Position numbers and translations under genes: made by a program. A stretch of 63,998 bases of DNA, the filler included, from Basidioascus undulatus (Eukaryota), in NCBI GenBank assembly GCA_000826855.1. It is 20 parts of 20 records of this genome, joined end to end, with 100 filler letters (N's around TTAATTAATTAA, not from the genome) between each part and the next. Parts side by side here need not be neighbours in the genome. Positions count along the whole stretch, not along the records: positions 9,782 to 12,922 come from JTLS01002508.1; positions 13,023 to 16,160 come from JTLS01002509.1; positions 16,261 to 19,397 come from JTLS01002510.1; positions 19,498 to 22,624 come from JTLS01002511.1; positions 22,725 to 25,850 come from JTLS01002512.1; 15 more parts are not named here. One strand, given 5' to 3'. Position 1 is the first letter of the stretch. Each line of letters begins with the position of its first letter. Positions 10,326 to 22,806 of this stretch are shown here, one piece after another. The notes beneath the pieces are model-generated. The model was not told where the DNA came from. It made no database searches and saw only the letters and a list, made by a program, of their open reading frames with translations.

Positions 10326-12675
10326 TCTCGGGGAGGAGCCCGCTTTGCCATCATGGGGATTCGCACCACTTTTCTTGAGGACGTGCAGACGCTGACCGGG
10401 TGAACCGCGCTTGCGGGGTTCTCGCACCCCCAGCCGCCCGAGCGCAAGCTGCGACGGGGCGGTTTTCTTCTTTCCTCCTCCTTCTGGATGAAGATTTTTT
10501 CTCTTTTTCTCCCTTTAATCGGAGTTGTCGCTGCTTGTCGTCGCCAATGCAGGCCTGGTCGCATTGTTTGCGGCGTGCTGAAGGAAAGGCCACAAAGCAG
10601 CCGGTGTTCTCTGAGCATTGACCTAGGGAGCGTTAAACGACTGTCTTTTACTCGGGTGACCAATCCCTGAAAGACTTTCAGTCAAGTACGCATTCTAACA
10701 GTTGGAAGAAGCGTAAGGTGCCATTGTTGGACTCTGCTTCGCAATGCCGTTAAGTAATAGCTGTACGTAAACCTTGAAGGTATTTATAAGGATGTTTTGA
10801 AAGGGCAAGGCTCAATCATCACGAGATCTGTGGACTTCTTACACGGACTACTTTTGGAGGCCAACAAGGTGTCTTGAGCCTTGATGCGGTCGTGCAGCCG
10901 GATCTACCAGACTTATGTACACCGCATGGCAGCGATATCCGCTACAGATGAGTTACGTTAAATGATTGATCCTTCTCTCCCAATTGGAGAACAGCTTTGA
11001 TCGCAATTGAAATTCGAGCAACCCACGCAGTCGGAATTCGGGCAGACAAGCATGTTGGTCCTCAGAGCCTCCTCAGACTTGCATCACAGCCGGTCAATCT
11101 CAGATGCGTCCACCTAGACAGCACAAGTTTTAAGTCCTCCCGCTTTTTCCACTAACTCATTCAAGTTGAGTAACGTGAAGGGTTGCCCTTGGCAACGTGC
11201 ATCGCCGTTAGGAGAGGCTGCTGCCGTCATCAACAGACAATTTGCATCGGCAACATGGCCCTGACGGTTGTGGGGGCAATAAAGTGCAGCATGAAAGTGT
11301 GATTGGCCTAACGCCTGTTGGAGCTTACGGTCAAGTTGAGGCATTGCTGTTGTGGCCCACTGCAACCTGCAAACCTACAGATGCAACGCAGCTCACCAGG
11401 CTCTTGGGAGATCCTGAATTTCGAGCGGAGCTTGGGGTATTTTGCTGATGAGGATATGGCCGTGCTCGTCCGAGAAGCCACCAGTGTGTCCCTTCATGCT
11501 GTACGAGTGTGAGCCTCAACTTTGATATGCACTGGCATTGACAGAAGACTGACTCAATACAAATACAGCTCCAACTTTCTCGCATGTCGCAGCCAACTGT
11601 CTTTTGGAGTGATCTGGCAGACTGCATCACCTCCTTTCCGTTCCCCAAACCTCACAGTTCCTCAACACAGCCTGAGACCGAACCCGACGCCGATGCGAAG
11701 AAGACGCAGTGCTCGACTACCGATCGGCTGCTAAAGTTCCATGGTCTCGTCACAAATGCAGTATCATGGATCCAGTATAATTGCCCCCTCAAAACGGGTA
11801 CAGGGATGCTGGATATCGCAGTGCATCTTGAGTCAATGCCTGAGGATATCAGGGACCACGGGGCCTCCGTAGAAAGCGTGGAGCCCCGCCTACAAAGTCT
11901 GCTGTTTACCCAGGAGCATGTTCATGTATACGCACCAACCTTTGCGCCGCGTGATGTATTTTAAAAAACGAGATTTTACCAACAAGCGTCTTCGGCGAAG
12001 CTGGTATCGCCGTGGTCTCATAGTATTATGACTAGTCTCAGACTAGGTAATCCAAAGGCCGCTAGTACCAGCCTGGCAACGAGCATCAATGCACATCTCA
12101 TATATTTTGGTAGGCAAGGCGGCGAGCCAAAAGTTCCAGCAGGCAGCGAGCTGCGAGGCGGCGAGGCGAGATGGAGAGGCGGCTTGCCCCTTGCTGCGCG
12201 TGCTTTTGGGACTTCTGCTTCTGGGTAACATGGGCTTGGAAGTGTTGATTCTAGCTACCGTGTTTGCTACAGTGGCTGGGCCAAATAGACGTTGGCATCA
12301 GGCTCTTTACGGATGTGTAATCTCGGGCTTCACCTCGCAGTACACCGCTTGCTGGACCTTGCAAGAGAGCTCCACGAGCGTGACCGTCCAAAAGATGGCT
12401 TAGGTTCCGCAAAGAATAGGGTAAACGGAAGCGAGGGACAGTTGCGAGCTGCCGGTGAAGTGGCGAGAGTACTGCCGTGTACCAACTTCACCGGTGACAG
12501 GCCCATCAGGCCAAGCAATGTGAGGAACCCAACATTCGAACGAGAGATGTTCTGAAAGACTTTTGGGGCGTCTCCCGGACTCCGGACATTCGCGCCACCA
12601 TGCAGCCGCCATCCACCTTGGCTTTCCCGTCTTCCCCCCCCACACACAACGAAACGCTCCCTCGTAAAGCCAGAT

Positions 12676-12922
12676 CTATCTTCCCCCTCCCCTCCCCTTG
12701 CCTTTCTCCTCCCTCCTCAAGACGAATTCCCACACCCTTGCCTTCCCCTCGTCCCTCTCCCCACCGACCAAGCCCGCCTCGCCCTGCCTCCACCCGATCG
12801 TCCTGCGGTGGCTATACGCGGGGAATGCCTCAGGCGCAAACGCAAAGCTGCGGACGGTCTGGAACACCGTGTCTGCCGTGTACTTCTCGCCCTTCTGCTG
12901 CATCGCCGGGAGGGGGAGCGCG
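12676..12922 (-). CDS. C-terminal fragment, probable DUF2431/Bmt5-like 25S rRNA (uridine-N3) methyltransferase
   Basis: FQTVRSFAFAPEAFPAYSHRRTIG resembles the DUF2431 C-terminal 'RSxxF…FPGYxHRRT' motif; cut by the contig end. Confidence 0.55.
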
Positions 12923-13022
12923 NNNNNNNNNNNNNNNNNNNNNNNNNNNNNNNNNNNNNNNNNNNNTTAATTAATTAANNNNNNNNNNNNNNNNNNNNNN
13001 NNNNNNNNNNNNNNNNNNNNNN

Positions 13023-14292
13023 GAGCCGTAAGGTGCGCTCGCAGGGGCTCCGGGCGGGACGTCGCCGTGGGGCCTGCTGCCGGGCATGGCACCGCCCTGC
13101 TGGTTCATGCGCTCAAGAAGCGCGCGGCCCTCGGCCTCGACCTTCTTGCGACGGAGCTCCTCGACGAGATCCGAGATCTTGATCCAGAGCAATCCGATCG
13201 GCTGGCCCGTCCCGCTGGAGCCGGCCGGTCGCTCGTGGATGGCGATCTCGACTTCGTTGACCTTGTCGACGGGAATCTCGAACATCTCGTTCCAAGAGTC
13301 GTGCCCCGCGCTGCGGCTCGGGCGCGTGCGCGCGGGGGACGTTTCCTCGCCGACCTTGACGAGCACGATGGTCTCGAGCGCAGGCGTACCCTTGGAGCGC
13401 GACGAGAAGATGGTGGACGAGACGAGCTGGTGGTTGAGGTCGCGCGCGCTTTTGATAGTGATTTGCAGCGTGCCGCTGACCGGCTTGCGGAGACCGTCGG
13501 CTTTGGCGCGCTCGTCTGCGGCGGCGACGTCCTCGGCGGCCGGAGCAACGTTGAGGTTCTGATAGCGCTTGAGCGCCGCGCGCAGAATGGCGATCTTGCC
13601 GTCCGACTCGGCCTTCTTCGCCTGCGTCTCGCCTCGGCTACGCTTATCGCCGTCGGCGCTGTAGAGCATCGCCATCTTCTCGATGCCCTCCTTGTAGTGT
13701 CTCTCGCGCGTGAGCTTGTAATCGAGCTGGTGGAGCATGAGCGAGATCTTGGCTGGTGTGTGCGGCGCGTCCTCTCGAATGAGGTCTACGGGGAAGACGC
13801 TTTGTTAGCCCTTAGCCCTGGAAACCACCTGGCTCACGTGTCTCCTCAACCAGGCCGAAGAACGAAGACTCACCGAAGTTGGAGATCTGCTTGCCCCTGC
13901 TGACCGTGACATCCCGCGTAATGCCCGGGCCCCCTTCCGCATCGCTGTCTGCGGCATCGCCGACCGAGCTCGGCGTGAGCGGCAAGTCGCGCTCGGCCAG
14001 CCGACGACGCTTCTCGACGAGCTGCTTGAGCGTCTCTTCGAAGAACGTGACGTTGCGCTGCGCCTCGCGGATCTGACCCTCGACGAGCGATCGCGCCCTC
14101 GCGTTGCCCATGTGGGCGTTGCGCATCTGCTGCGCCTTGTCGAGCATCGTGCGCTCGGTCGTGAGCTTTTGGTGCACTGACCGAACTTTCTCGTCGAGTT
14201 CGCGCCGCTGCATTTCAAAAGAGGACTGCAACAGCGTCGACCTCATCAGCACCCGATCCAACCAGCCGCACAGACAAGCATCAGCTTACCAT
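13023..14292 (-). CDS. PKC1: Protein kinase C, N-terminal part (HR1a, HR1b, C2), 3' truncated
   Basis: ATG at 14292-14290, then an intron; exons 14225-13874 and 13785-13023. Motifs QIREAQRNVTFFEETL, KISLMLHQLDYKL…YKEGIEKM…LKRYQ, and C2 KPVSGTLQITIKSARDL…WNEMFEIPVDKVNEVEIAI…PIGLLWIKISDLVEELRRKK. Confidence 0.95.
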
Positions 14293-15472
14293 GGCGGGCG
14301 CAGAGCAATTGATCGGGAGTGTTGCCGGGGCAGGGTGCGATACCTTAGCCGCGCCCGAGGTCTAGTGTGAAATGGGAAGGGGAGAGGCGTTCGCGTCGCG
14401 GTCGTGAGGTCTTCAGCAATGGAGTAGTGGGTAAAGAGGCCGGAAGGAGGACTGCTGGTTGTGCGAAGAATGGGGCGTGTCAGGATGAGAGGCCTGGCGC
14501 CGAGCTGACCGAGGTCCGAGCGAAGAGCGCGCTGGGGCTCGGAGCGAAAGCACTCACGATAGAGACCGAAAGGGACCCGGCGTTTATGAGTGGAAGAGAG
14601 GCGAAAGCAGACGCGATCGCAATCTGAGGCAGCCACGCGAGTGTTAGTGGGTCGAGGAGAGCGGCGAGCAGCGCGCTGGCAGGGACGCACCTAAAGGGGT
14701 AGTTGGTCCTAGTCCAGCGCGCGCGCGCAGTCGTCGCCGTTCGGTGAATGCGGCGGGTCCGTGAAAGCGTGCGCGCCGTAGCGAATGTCGTGGCCGATGA
14801 TGAGGGCGAGCGAGCGAGCGTGCGCGCGGCAGGAGGCGGTGGTGCCAGAAGGAGCGAGCGAGGCTGTGAAGGAGAGCGGGCGAGACGACCGAGCGACACG
14901 GGCGAGCGTAGCCTGAGGGGGGCAAGCGCCCAGGGGTCCTCGCAAGCCCCATTTTTTTGTTTTCTTCTGCTGCCTTGGGCCTCGCTGTCGGGCAGCGGAC
15001 TTGCTCGCTTGCTTATTCTCAAGCCTACAGATCTCATTCTTGGAATCTGTTAGAACCTTATCAGGCTTTCAAGGAAGGCGGATCAGAAGCGGCTATCATT
15101 GACGGGAGAGCACCGCGACAATGCGACTGGCACAAGCAGACTGTCACGGCGAATCGTAAACGACAGTCTCGAATTACCGTAAAAATGGACACAAATCTAG
15201 TGTTAATTTTAATTTGATAACTTAAATCCACCATTGGATGGAGCTGCGGGCATACGAGGCGACTCGATGGGGAATTGAAGTTCTGCAGCCTGCGGTGAGT
15301 CTCAGGCCGACTTCCAATCAACTTGAAGCTGAAGAACCTTGAAGTCTTCAATTTAGTTTATCAGGGTCCCTGTACATCGCTGACACTCTTTAGCCAGCGC
15401 TTGATCTATCACGTGTAGAAGCTTCTTTTTTTTTGAATAATTAGAGATACCTACCCACTTGAACACACTGTC

Positions 15473-15557
15473 TCTTCGGTGGCGCAATTGGTTAGCGCGT
15501 CCGACTGTTACGGATACGTTCATCGGGAGGTTGTGAGTTCAATTCTCACCTGAAGAG
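15473..15557 (+). tRNA. tRNA-Asn(GTT) with 11-nt intron (15511-15521)
   Basis: Acceptor TCTTCGG/CTGAAGA + G73; anticodon arm TCCGA-CTGTTA[intron]A-TCGGG; T arm GTGAG-TTCAATT-CTCAC; poly-T terminator. Confidence 0.92.
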
Positions 15558-16358
15558 TTTTTTAGTCCGGTTTTTTTTTTTTATCTTTTGTCAAATTTCA
15601 TGCCTTCCAGATAATGATGCTTCATGACCAGTGCTGAAACTGAGTTCCACTGCATTGAGACACCTTTGCACCAAGGGTTTGCCACCAACACAAAGCTGGC
15701 TTCAAGGCTCCCAAACAATGCACATTGTCACCAGCTGTCCAGACTGAGGCATCATGCACACTTTCTTGAGTATCCCCATATGTATTCAGAAGCTTTCAAC
15801 TGTCAAAGCTGGGTCAGGGTGGGAAGGCTATGTCATTACTGTGCTCAGGTTTGATGCCCTTTTGGTTTCAATGGCAACCTCTTGTTTGCACCTTCCCAAA
15901 ATCAGGTCCTCTCACAGCAAACCCACACTTTGTTTTGGGGCTGCTTTGCCAAACTTTGGGACCCCCCCCCCTGGGCTTCAAGTTGTTCAATGGTGGCTGA
16001 GCTGGGTGGTCCCTGTGCAGGCCAATGTCAAGCAGCTTTGGACTTTCCATTGTCCTTTTAATAAGCAATCAGAGGCACTCGGTTGCTTACGCAGGTTACC
16101 AAAATCACAGGGTCCTCAACAACATGTGAGCGACACACCTCCGCCGACATAGCCCGAGCGNNNNNNNNNNNNNNNNNNNNNNNNNNNNNNNNNNNNNNNN
16201 NNNNTTAATTAATTAANNNNNNNNNNNNNNNNNNNNNNNNNNNNNNNNNNNNNNNNNNNNCCTTTCCCTAGTCTAATCTCATGGACGAATCCGCCTCTGC
16301 TCCGCCTCCTCTTGTGTCAAGGCTCTCAATGCTGACATTCGCTCGCTTACTCGCTCAG

Positions 16359-17916
16359 TGCGACACCTTCGCACGCTCGGGTACGGCCGTGTTTGAGCTC
16401 TCGTCGCGCTTCGCGCACCCGTTCACGTACAAGCAGGGCACGACGGAGGCGGAGCAGCTTGAGGCGCGCCGGCTGGTGTTTGAGGAGCTCACGCAGGGTG
16501 CGTCTCGTCCCCTGTCCTTGTCCCCCCACACGTCTCTGTTTCCCTCTTTTTCTTCGTAAACTGATCATTTCGAGCTCGCATGACCAGTTTGCCTCTGGGG
16601 CAACTCGACCGACCTGTCGCTGCTGATCGACATGACCGAGGAGGGTGCGTATTCCCAGCCAGTCGAGAAATTGCTCGATGGTTGATTGCATGTGCTGGAA
16701 CGACGTGACAGACATCAAGAGGCTCCAGTCGACCGGCGGCGAGCACCTGGCTGCCACGCAGAAGAACATCCTCGGCAACCACCTGCCGAAGCTCTGGGAG
16801 AAGGTCAAGGACCTCAAGGGTGGGCGGATCGACTTTGTGCTCGACAAGTGCGTCTTCCTCCTCTCCCACTTCTTTCCTATCCCCGTTTCGCGCCGGGTGG
16901 CTGATGTGGCTGATGTGGGCTGTGTGTCGTTGAACAGCGCCGGCTTCGAGCTCTTCTGCGACCTCGTGTACGCCGACTGGCTCATCCAGTCCGGCATGTG
17001 CCGCGATGTGCACTTCCACGGCAAGCGCTTTGCGTGGTTCGTCAGTGACGTCACGAAGAACGACTGGGCGTGGTTGATCAACTGTGAGCTCCTCTTTCCC
17101 TGCATCGTTGGATGAGAGAAGCAAGACCTAATCATGGCGAGGGTATGGGAACGACAGCCTGTTGCTACGGCCGCCTCTTCCCTGAAGCGTCGCAGGAGGA
17201 CCTGTCGAGCCTGCGCGAGATGGGCAAGCGCTGGAAGCATTACGAGGAGACCGGCCAGTTCGTGTACGAGCAGCACCCGTACGTCGTCGTTTCCCTCTCG
17301 ACCTGCCCTCTCTGTGCATTGACGGCGTGGCATGCTGCAATGATAGCTTCTGGATCTCCGGCTACACGTTCTGGGAGCTCATCCGCGAGGCGCCCGACTT
17401 GTTCCTGAACTTGTCAAAGTCGGACCTGGTCCTCTTCAGTGCGTCCTTGTCCTTCTTCCCTTATCCAACCTACACGCTCGATCCTGCCATGTGCTGACTG
17501 TCACGCAACTCAACAGAGGGCGACCTGAACCACCGCAAAGTACCTCCTTCGTCCCCGCTTCTGTAGAGTAGAGCCTAGACTGACACACTACCGCGCACCA
17601 CAGCTGACTTACGACTGCAACGCTCCCGCATCAACCTCTTTCTACGACGCAATCGGCTCGCTCGCGTCCACGCCGGGCGCCCCGGCCGTGCTCTCCCTCC
17701 GTACGATCAAGTCGGACGTCGTCGTCGGCCTCGACCAGGCCGTCGCAGACCGCCTCGACAAGGAGGAGCCTGGCTGGAGGATCTCGGGCAAATACGTACG
17801 TCCAGCTCTCGAGCTTTCAGGATAGACCGAATGGAGAGTTGAAATGTTTTGGGGGTGAACAGGCTGTCGTCCTCCTTACAAATGGGAAGAAGGGCGAGCT
17901 CGTGCAGTTTGAGTGA
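16359..17916 (+). CDS. DUF89/ARMT1-family damage-control phosphatase (YMR027W-like), 5' truncated, multi-exon
   Basis: Spliced motifs VCLWGNSTDLSL, RIDFVLDNAGFELFCDL, WFVSDVT, FKGDLNHRKL, LRTIKSDVVVGL, WRISGKYAVV; stop at 17914-17916. Confidence 0.93.
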
Positions 17917-19294
17917 ACAGATCGGGACTTTGGGGCATGGAATAAGGGCTTCTTGAGTGTTGTGATATAGAACTTTGGTGACCTTCCCGTGATTGTCGTG
18001 GTTTGCAACTGGAGTTTCTTGCCTATGCCATGTCAGACACTTTTTCTTCTGTTTCTCTTGCGCTTATGTCTCGAATTATATGTCACTCTGAGTGCGGCAA
18101 CTCCTACATTTCTTTCTATCGTTTGTCGGTGTGTCGTGGTGTGTTAAAGCGTTAAAGCTAAGCTGCAGCAGGGTCAGCGGCGGGGGGACAAACGAGTCGT
18201 GTGCTTCGTGTACAGTCTCACGCAACGCCGCTTTCCCTCCATTCACGTCTCATGCGCACGTCTTCGATGTGCGTAGGTAATTAATTATGATGGCTATCCA
18301 AGCTCAGGCGCTTGTCGGGCAGTTCTGCACCAGGTACTCACAACAGCAATTCGCACGATGGTGCGTTTCGCCCCGCCATACGACGGACCGTTCAGATTGA
18401 TGACCCGACTGCACGCGAAGCAAGCAAGAGAAGTTACCTCGCAGACTATTGTATGCGCGAGCGAAAAACATTAGCAGTGAGGTAAAAAAAAAGGGGGGGG
18501 GGTTGGGGGGAGGATAGGGGTTTCGTGAAGTTGTGCTAAAGCGAGGGAGGGAAGAGATGACCGAGGAAGTGAGACACTTTTTTTGGTCGCCCGAGGGGCA
18601 TTGTGAACGTTTTACTCATCGACTCCAGGCGAAAAGCAACAGAAAGAGGAAAGCAAAGGGGACCCTCAGGGGCGTGGTTGAACGGGACACAGGCGAGAGA
18701 GTGCGGTGTGGGCGTGAGCGGTTAAAACGTGTGTGGAGCGCAAAGAACGAAATGAAAAAAAGCGCGTCGGGGTACGGCGGACGCCAGGAACGTTCCTCGT
18801 GGGCAGGGCGTTCGGCTGTCGCGCTGGTCGCCGTCCGGAGGACGCCTGTTGGGCGCTCGTTCCGACGTCGGACGCGGGGAGCGGCGGGACCGTGAGGGCG
18901 AAGAGAGAGATGGGAATTTGGGCATAGTGTATCAGCATAGAGGAAAGGGGTGAATGGGCGCGGCGACGGTCGGCGTGGCGTCGGGCGTGGTGTCGTAAGA
19001 CGACTAGCCGGATCGCACGCGCGGAGTCGGGGGTATCGACGCCCTGGAAAGAGCAAGTATTCGAAAGGACGCCGAGCCGCAGACTTGAAAGGGGGTTGCC
19101 GAAGCAGAGAAACGGGTGCCGAAGGTGTGGCGGCTGCTCAGGAAACGGAGTGTCAGCGGTGTGCTCAAGCGGATGGGGAGAGCTCCAGAAGACGTACGTA
19201 TCGGGGGTGGAGACAGTGCTGGTCAGGCGAACAGGGGCAGTCGCGAGTAGGCTAGGGCGATGAGAACGTTGTCCCCGTCGGTGGCAGCACGTCT

Positions 19295-19397
19295 TCAAGC
19301 CATCACGCCGCGGCGGTAGTCGACGCCGAAGCCGCCGATGCCGAGGCCACCGCCGAGCGTCCACGAGCGGCCGTCGGGGCGGCAGAAGCTCGGCTGG
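19295..19397 (-). CDS. C-terminal fragment of an unknown protein
   Basis: High-GC3 frame QPSFCRPDGRSWTLGGGLGIGGFGVDYRRGVMA* entering from the contig end. Confidence 0.3.
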
Positions 19398-19520
19398 NNN
19401 NNNNNNNNNNNNNNNNNNNNNNNNNNNNNNNNNNNNNNNNNTTAATTAATTAANNNNNNNNNNNNNNNNNNNNNNNNNNNNNNNNNNNNNNNNNNNNGAG
19501 GTAGGAGAGGAGGGACGCAC

Positions 19521-19585
19521 TGAGTGAGCGTGCGGACGTTCTGGGGGAAGATCTCGGCGCCGATGACCCAGGGGGTTCCAGCTCC
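19521..19585 (-). pseudogene. Isolated fragment of an MFS sugar-porter (quinate permease-like) gene
   Basis: GTPWVIGAEIFPQNVRTLTQ matches the sugar-porter 'PWVxxxExFPxxxR' motif and is followed by a GTGCGT donor. Upstream DNA shows no continuation. Confidence 0.55.
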
Positions 19586-20161
19586 TCCTGCCTTTTGACC
19601 CTCTACCCTTCTCCGCTCAATTGCCAGCATGCGGTTCTCATAAGGATGGGGAGGTATTTTTCATTGGACAATGTGATGTCCAGGGTAAACGTCCCAGTGC
19701 TCTGCCTCTGTGCACATTGAAGACCGGGTGAAAGTGTTGTGAAACTCGGCGACCTCACACAAGCAAAACACCGCCAACAAGTGCGAGGCTGTTTCGTGGC
19801 TCCATGTGGCTGCTTGAAAATCCTGAACACTCAGATGCAATGATTCGTCTGTTTCTTTGCTCAGTGTGTTCAATGTTTGAGATGTTGACCTTTACGCACC
19901 TTCCTCCTTCACCTCTGCCCCGTCCACCTCGCCCCCTTATCCGTCAAACAAGTCCGGAGCCACGAGTTCGACGAAGTTCATGTTCCCCTATTCAACAACG
20001 AGACACGTGGCCTATTGTAAGCGCCTCACGTAGCTGTACTGCAGGGGTTTGGAATGTGGAGCGCACGTAGTCGATGTTTACATGAAAGAGAAAAAATGTA
20101 CTTGAGCGAAACATGGGCTGGGAAGTACAATGAATTAGCTCGTGTGGTTCATGGGTCCAGT

Positions 20162-20940
20162 TCAGTCGAAACGCACTTGTAAGGAAGCCACCGACGTCGT
20201 CCTCGCTCTCACCTTCTCCTCCTCATCCTCGTCCTTCTCTGGCTCCTTGAGGGCTACCACCTTCAAGCTCATGTCCTCCGCTTGCAGCTCCTTGAATGTC
20301 CTTTCATCCGCAAGGTACACCACCAGGTACCCCATCCAAACACCAATTCTCGTCTCACAAGCGCCCGAGCAGGACGCAGCCTGCGGGGTTGGCGCTTGGA
20401 GTGCCTGCACGGCTGTCCGCGACTGGGCTGCCCGAACTGGCTACGCTGTTATGGTGACAGTTGAAAGACATGTTGTTCTTTTTTTTTTTGTGATGGAGAA
20501 AGGCAGTAGGGTGGGGCAGCTCCGAGGCGAGGGTGGGGAAATGCGGGTGCGCGGGTGTGAGATGCAACTTGACTGTGAGGCGGTTCACCCTCTGTTGACG
20601 TGTTTGCGAGGGAGATTTTGTGGGAAGGCACGCATCATCGAGGAGATCCAGCAGATCCTGCGCGTGTTCAGTCTCAAGTTGTTCGGATTGAAAGTGGAAA
20701 CCAACGTCCCGACCTTGAAGCTCGAAGGTACGAATGACAAGGTCTCCTTCTCCAGCCAATGGGTGTATCCTCCCACACTGACTGTTTGAGGCATCATGTA
20801 CAAATACCCAACCGCTTTCAGTTTTTAAAAGCTGACCCTTCCTAGCGATGACCTGCACGTCGGGTGTGCAGTCGTCCGCACCGTCCACCGCGCGCCGCCT
20901 GTCGACGCCTCGCGCCGCGGGGAGACCTCGCGTCGCTCAT
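20162..20940 (-). CDS. Hypothetical multi-exon protein (start uncertain)
   Basis: Long codon-biased frames (…VQVIARKGQLLKTESGW…; …LADERTFKELQAEDMSLKVVAL…*) separated by intron-like segments; no family recognised. Confidence 0.35.
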
Positions 20941-22059
20941 GATCAGCTTTGCCCAACCCTTTGGCGTGCGATAAGCGTTCTCGTACGGCGATAAAGTAGA
21001 AGAGCTGGATCAGGCTCTCTGTCTGAGTGCGCGGTTCGTGCACGATGCGCACCTCTGTCCGACTGCATCATTCCGCCTACGACTTTGAAGCACGCTTTCC
21101 CTGTTCGACACCGGGCTTTTCATCCAAAAAACCATCACAGCAAGGCTACATAGCGCTGAGCGTGCTGCTCGAGATGGTGCTGCGCATCGATGGGATGTGA
21201 TCACCCGATAACGCTTTCTGGCACGTTCGGCCAGTCGCTCGCGCCCTTGCGAGCAGTCACGGCGGGGTGGGGGCGGTACGTGCGGCAGGGACGACGAGCG
21301 TCCCATCACCATCGAATTTCCCCTCTCCGACTCAGCGAGGTGTACGATTAATAATGGGGAAAACCTGTGATGCTGCGTGAATGGAAGAAACGCAAGAAGA
21401 AAGCAAGCGATGAAAAAGACAAACGCCCCGCCCTTCATGCGCGCTTGACGGCCGTCGGCGTTTCCCACGCCCGACGAGGGACAGTGTGTCTTCCTTTCGG
21501 CGGCCCCTTGCTCGGTCGGTGCTCTGCGAAGAGGCCTCTCCGTCGGTCAAGTCCATCTGGCTTTCGCACCCCTCGTCCTCTGTCGGTCCAGCTCGCTTTC
21601 CTTTCTCGTGTCGTGTCTCTCGCATCTCGCAAAAAGGGCCGTTGCCGTTGTAGTACCACCACCCCATCCACCACCTCCTCCTCCCCGCGTACGTAAGGCA
21701 TAGCACACCGCGCTACGCTTTTTCGTTCGACCTCCCCCTCCATCCATCCGCGGCATTTGTACACCAGCGCATAGGTGTGTCTTGTCATTCATTCATTTTG
21801 TGGATGGAAGAAAGGAGACAGGTTGGCGAGAGGCGAGATGAGGAAGAGCAGAACGCCATGGCCACTGCTGACCCTGCTCCCATCTCCGTCGTTCCCCTTC
21901 TCCGCAGGTTCTCGTGTTGTACCCCACCCCGGGCATCCATCCATCTGTGTCTCTCGCTTTTCGCAACCCACACTCTACCCCGTCCACACACGTACACAAT
22001 AGCATACCCCTAGCAGCCACCCACCCATCTTCTTTTTTCCTTTGCATCCCCCACATTCG

Positions 22060-22624
22060 ATGATGGCCCAGAGCGCGAACCCCTCCCCGTCCCCCACCCC
22101 GTCTCCGACCAACGGCACGCCCTCCGGCGCGTCCGCTCAAGCTGCTGCGAACGGGCGCACGGAGTTCTTGGATCTTGCAGACACCGTGCGTTGCTTGACT
22201 TTTTCCCCTTCCAGCCGGGTCTGGCTTCCCCCCTTCCTTCATCCGCTCGGCCATCGTTTTCTGATGCTCTGTCTCTTGTCTCCCTCCTCTTATTCGGACT
22301 TGATGTTGGCTTGTTAGGCCGCGCGCCAGAACGCAGAGGTGAACGCAGTCCGTTCCGAGCCTACCCCGCTCGTCCCCCTGCTCCTACTCACACCCCTCCC
22401 CTCCTCCCCCCCCCAGAAAATCGAAGCCAAGCGCCAGGAGCATGAGCGGATGCGCGAGCGGCAGCGGCGTTTGTTCGAGGAGCAGATGCGCGCGCTCGAG
22501 CTCGAGCACCAGCGCGAGGAGGCCGAGCTCCTCAAGGGCGCGGTGTCCGCGCCCGCGTCCCCCCCGCCGAAGAGAGCGGGTGGGGCGGAAGAAGGCAGGA
22601 GTGGGGAGAGGGGAGCGGAAGGGG
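22060..22624 (+). CDS. N-terminus of a probable fungal Pumilio (Puf4-like) RNA-binding protein, 3' truncated
   Basis: Three exons. The coiled coil KIEAKRQEHERMRERQRRLFEEQMRALELEHQREEAELL followed by SAPASPP resembles N-termini of fungal Puf4-type proteins; the PUF repeats are not in the contig. Confidence 0.5.
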
Positions 22625-22806
22625 NNNNNNNNNNNNNNNNNNNNNNNNNNNNNNNNNNNNNNNNNNNNTTAATTAATTAANNNNNNNNNNNNNNNNNNNN
22701 NNNNNNNNNNNNNNNNNNNNNNNNTCCGGTCTCTTCACTCACCTCAGTTCTACTTGGTTCCTTGACAAACATCGCCTCCTTCTCCCCCTCTCCCTTCTCC
22801 CTCTCC

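Noticed and set aside
10900..12555. Possible degenerate gene (ORFs 11584-11964, 12089-12403)
   Set aside because: No motif support and no consistent exon chain.
13067..13903. Long antisense ORFs (e.g. 13067-13903, 5082-5990, 16347-16733 region, 52415-53368)
   Set aside because: These are shadows of GC3-biased genes on the opposite strand.
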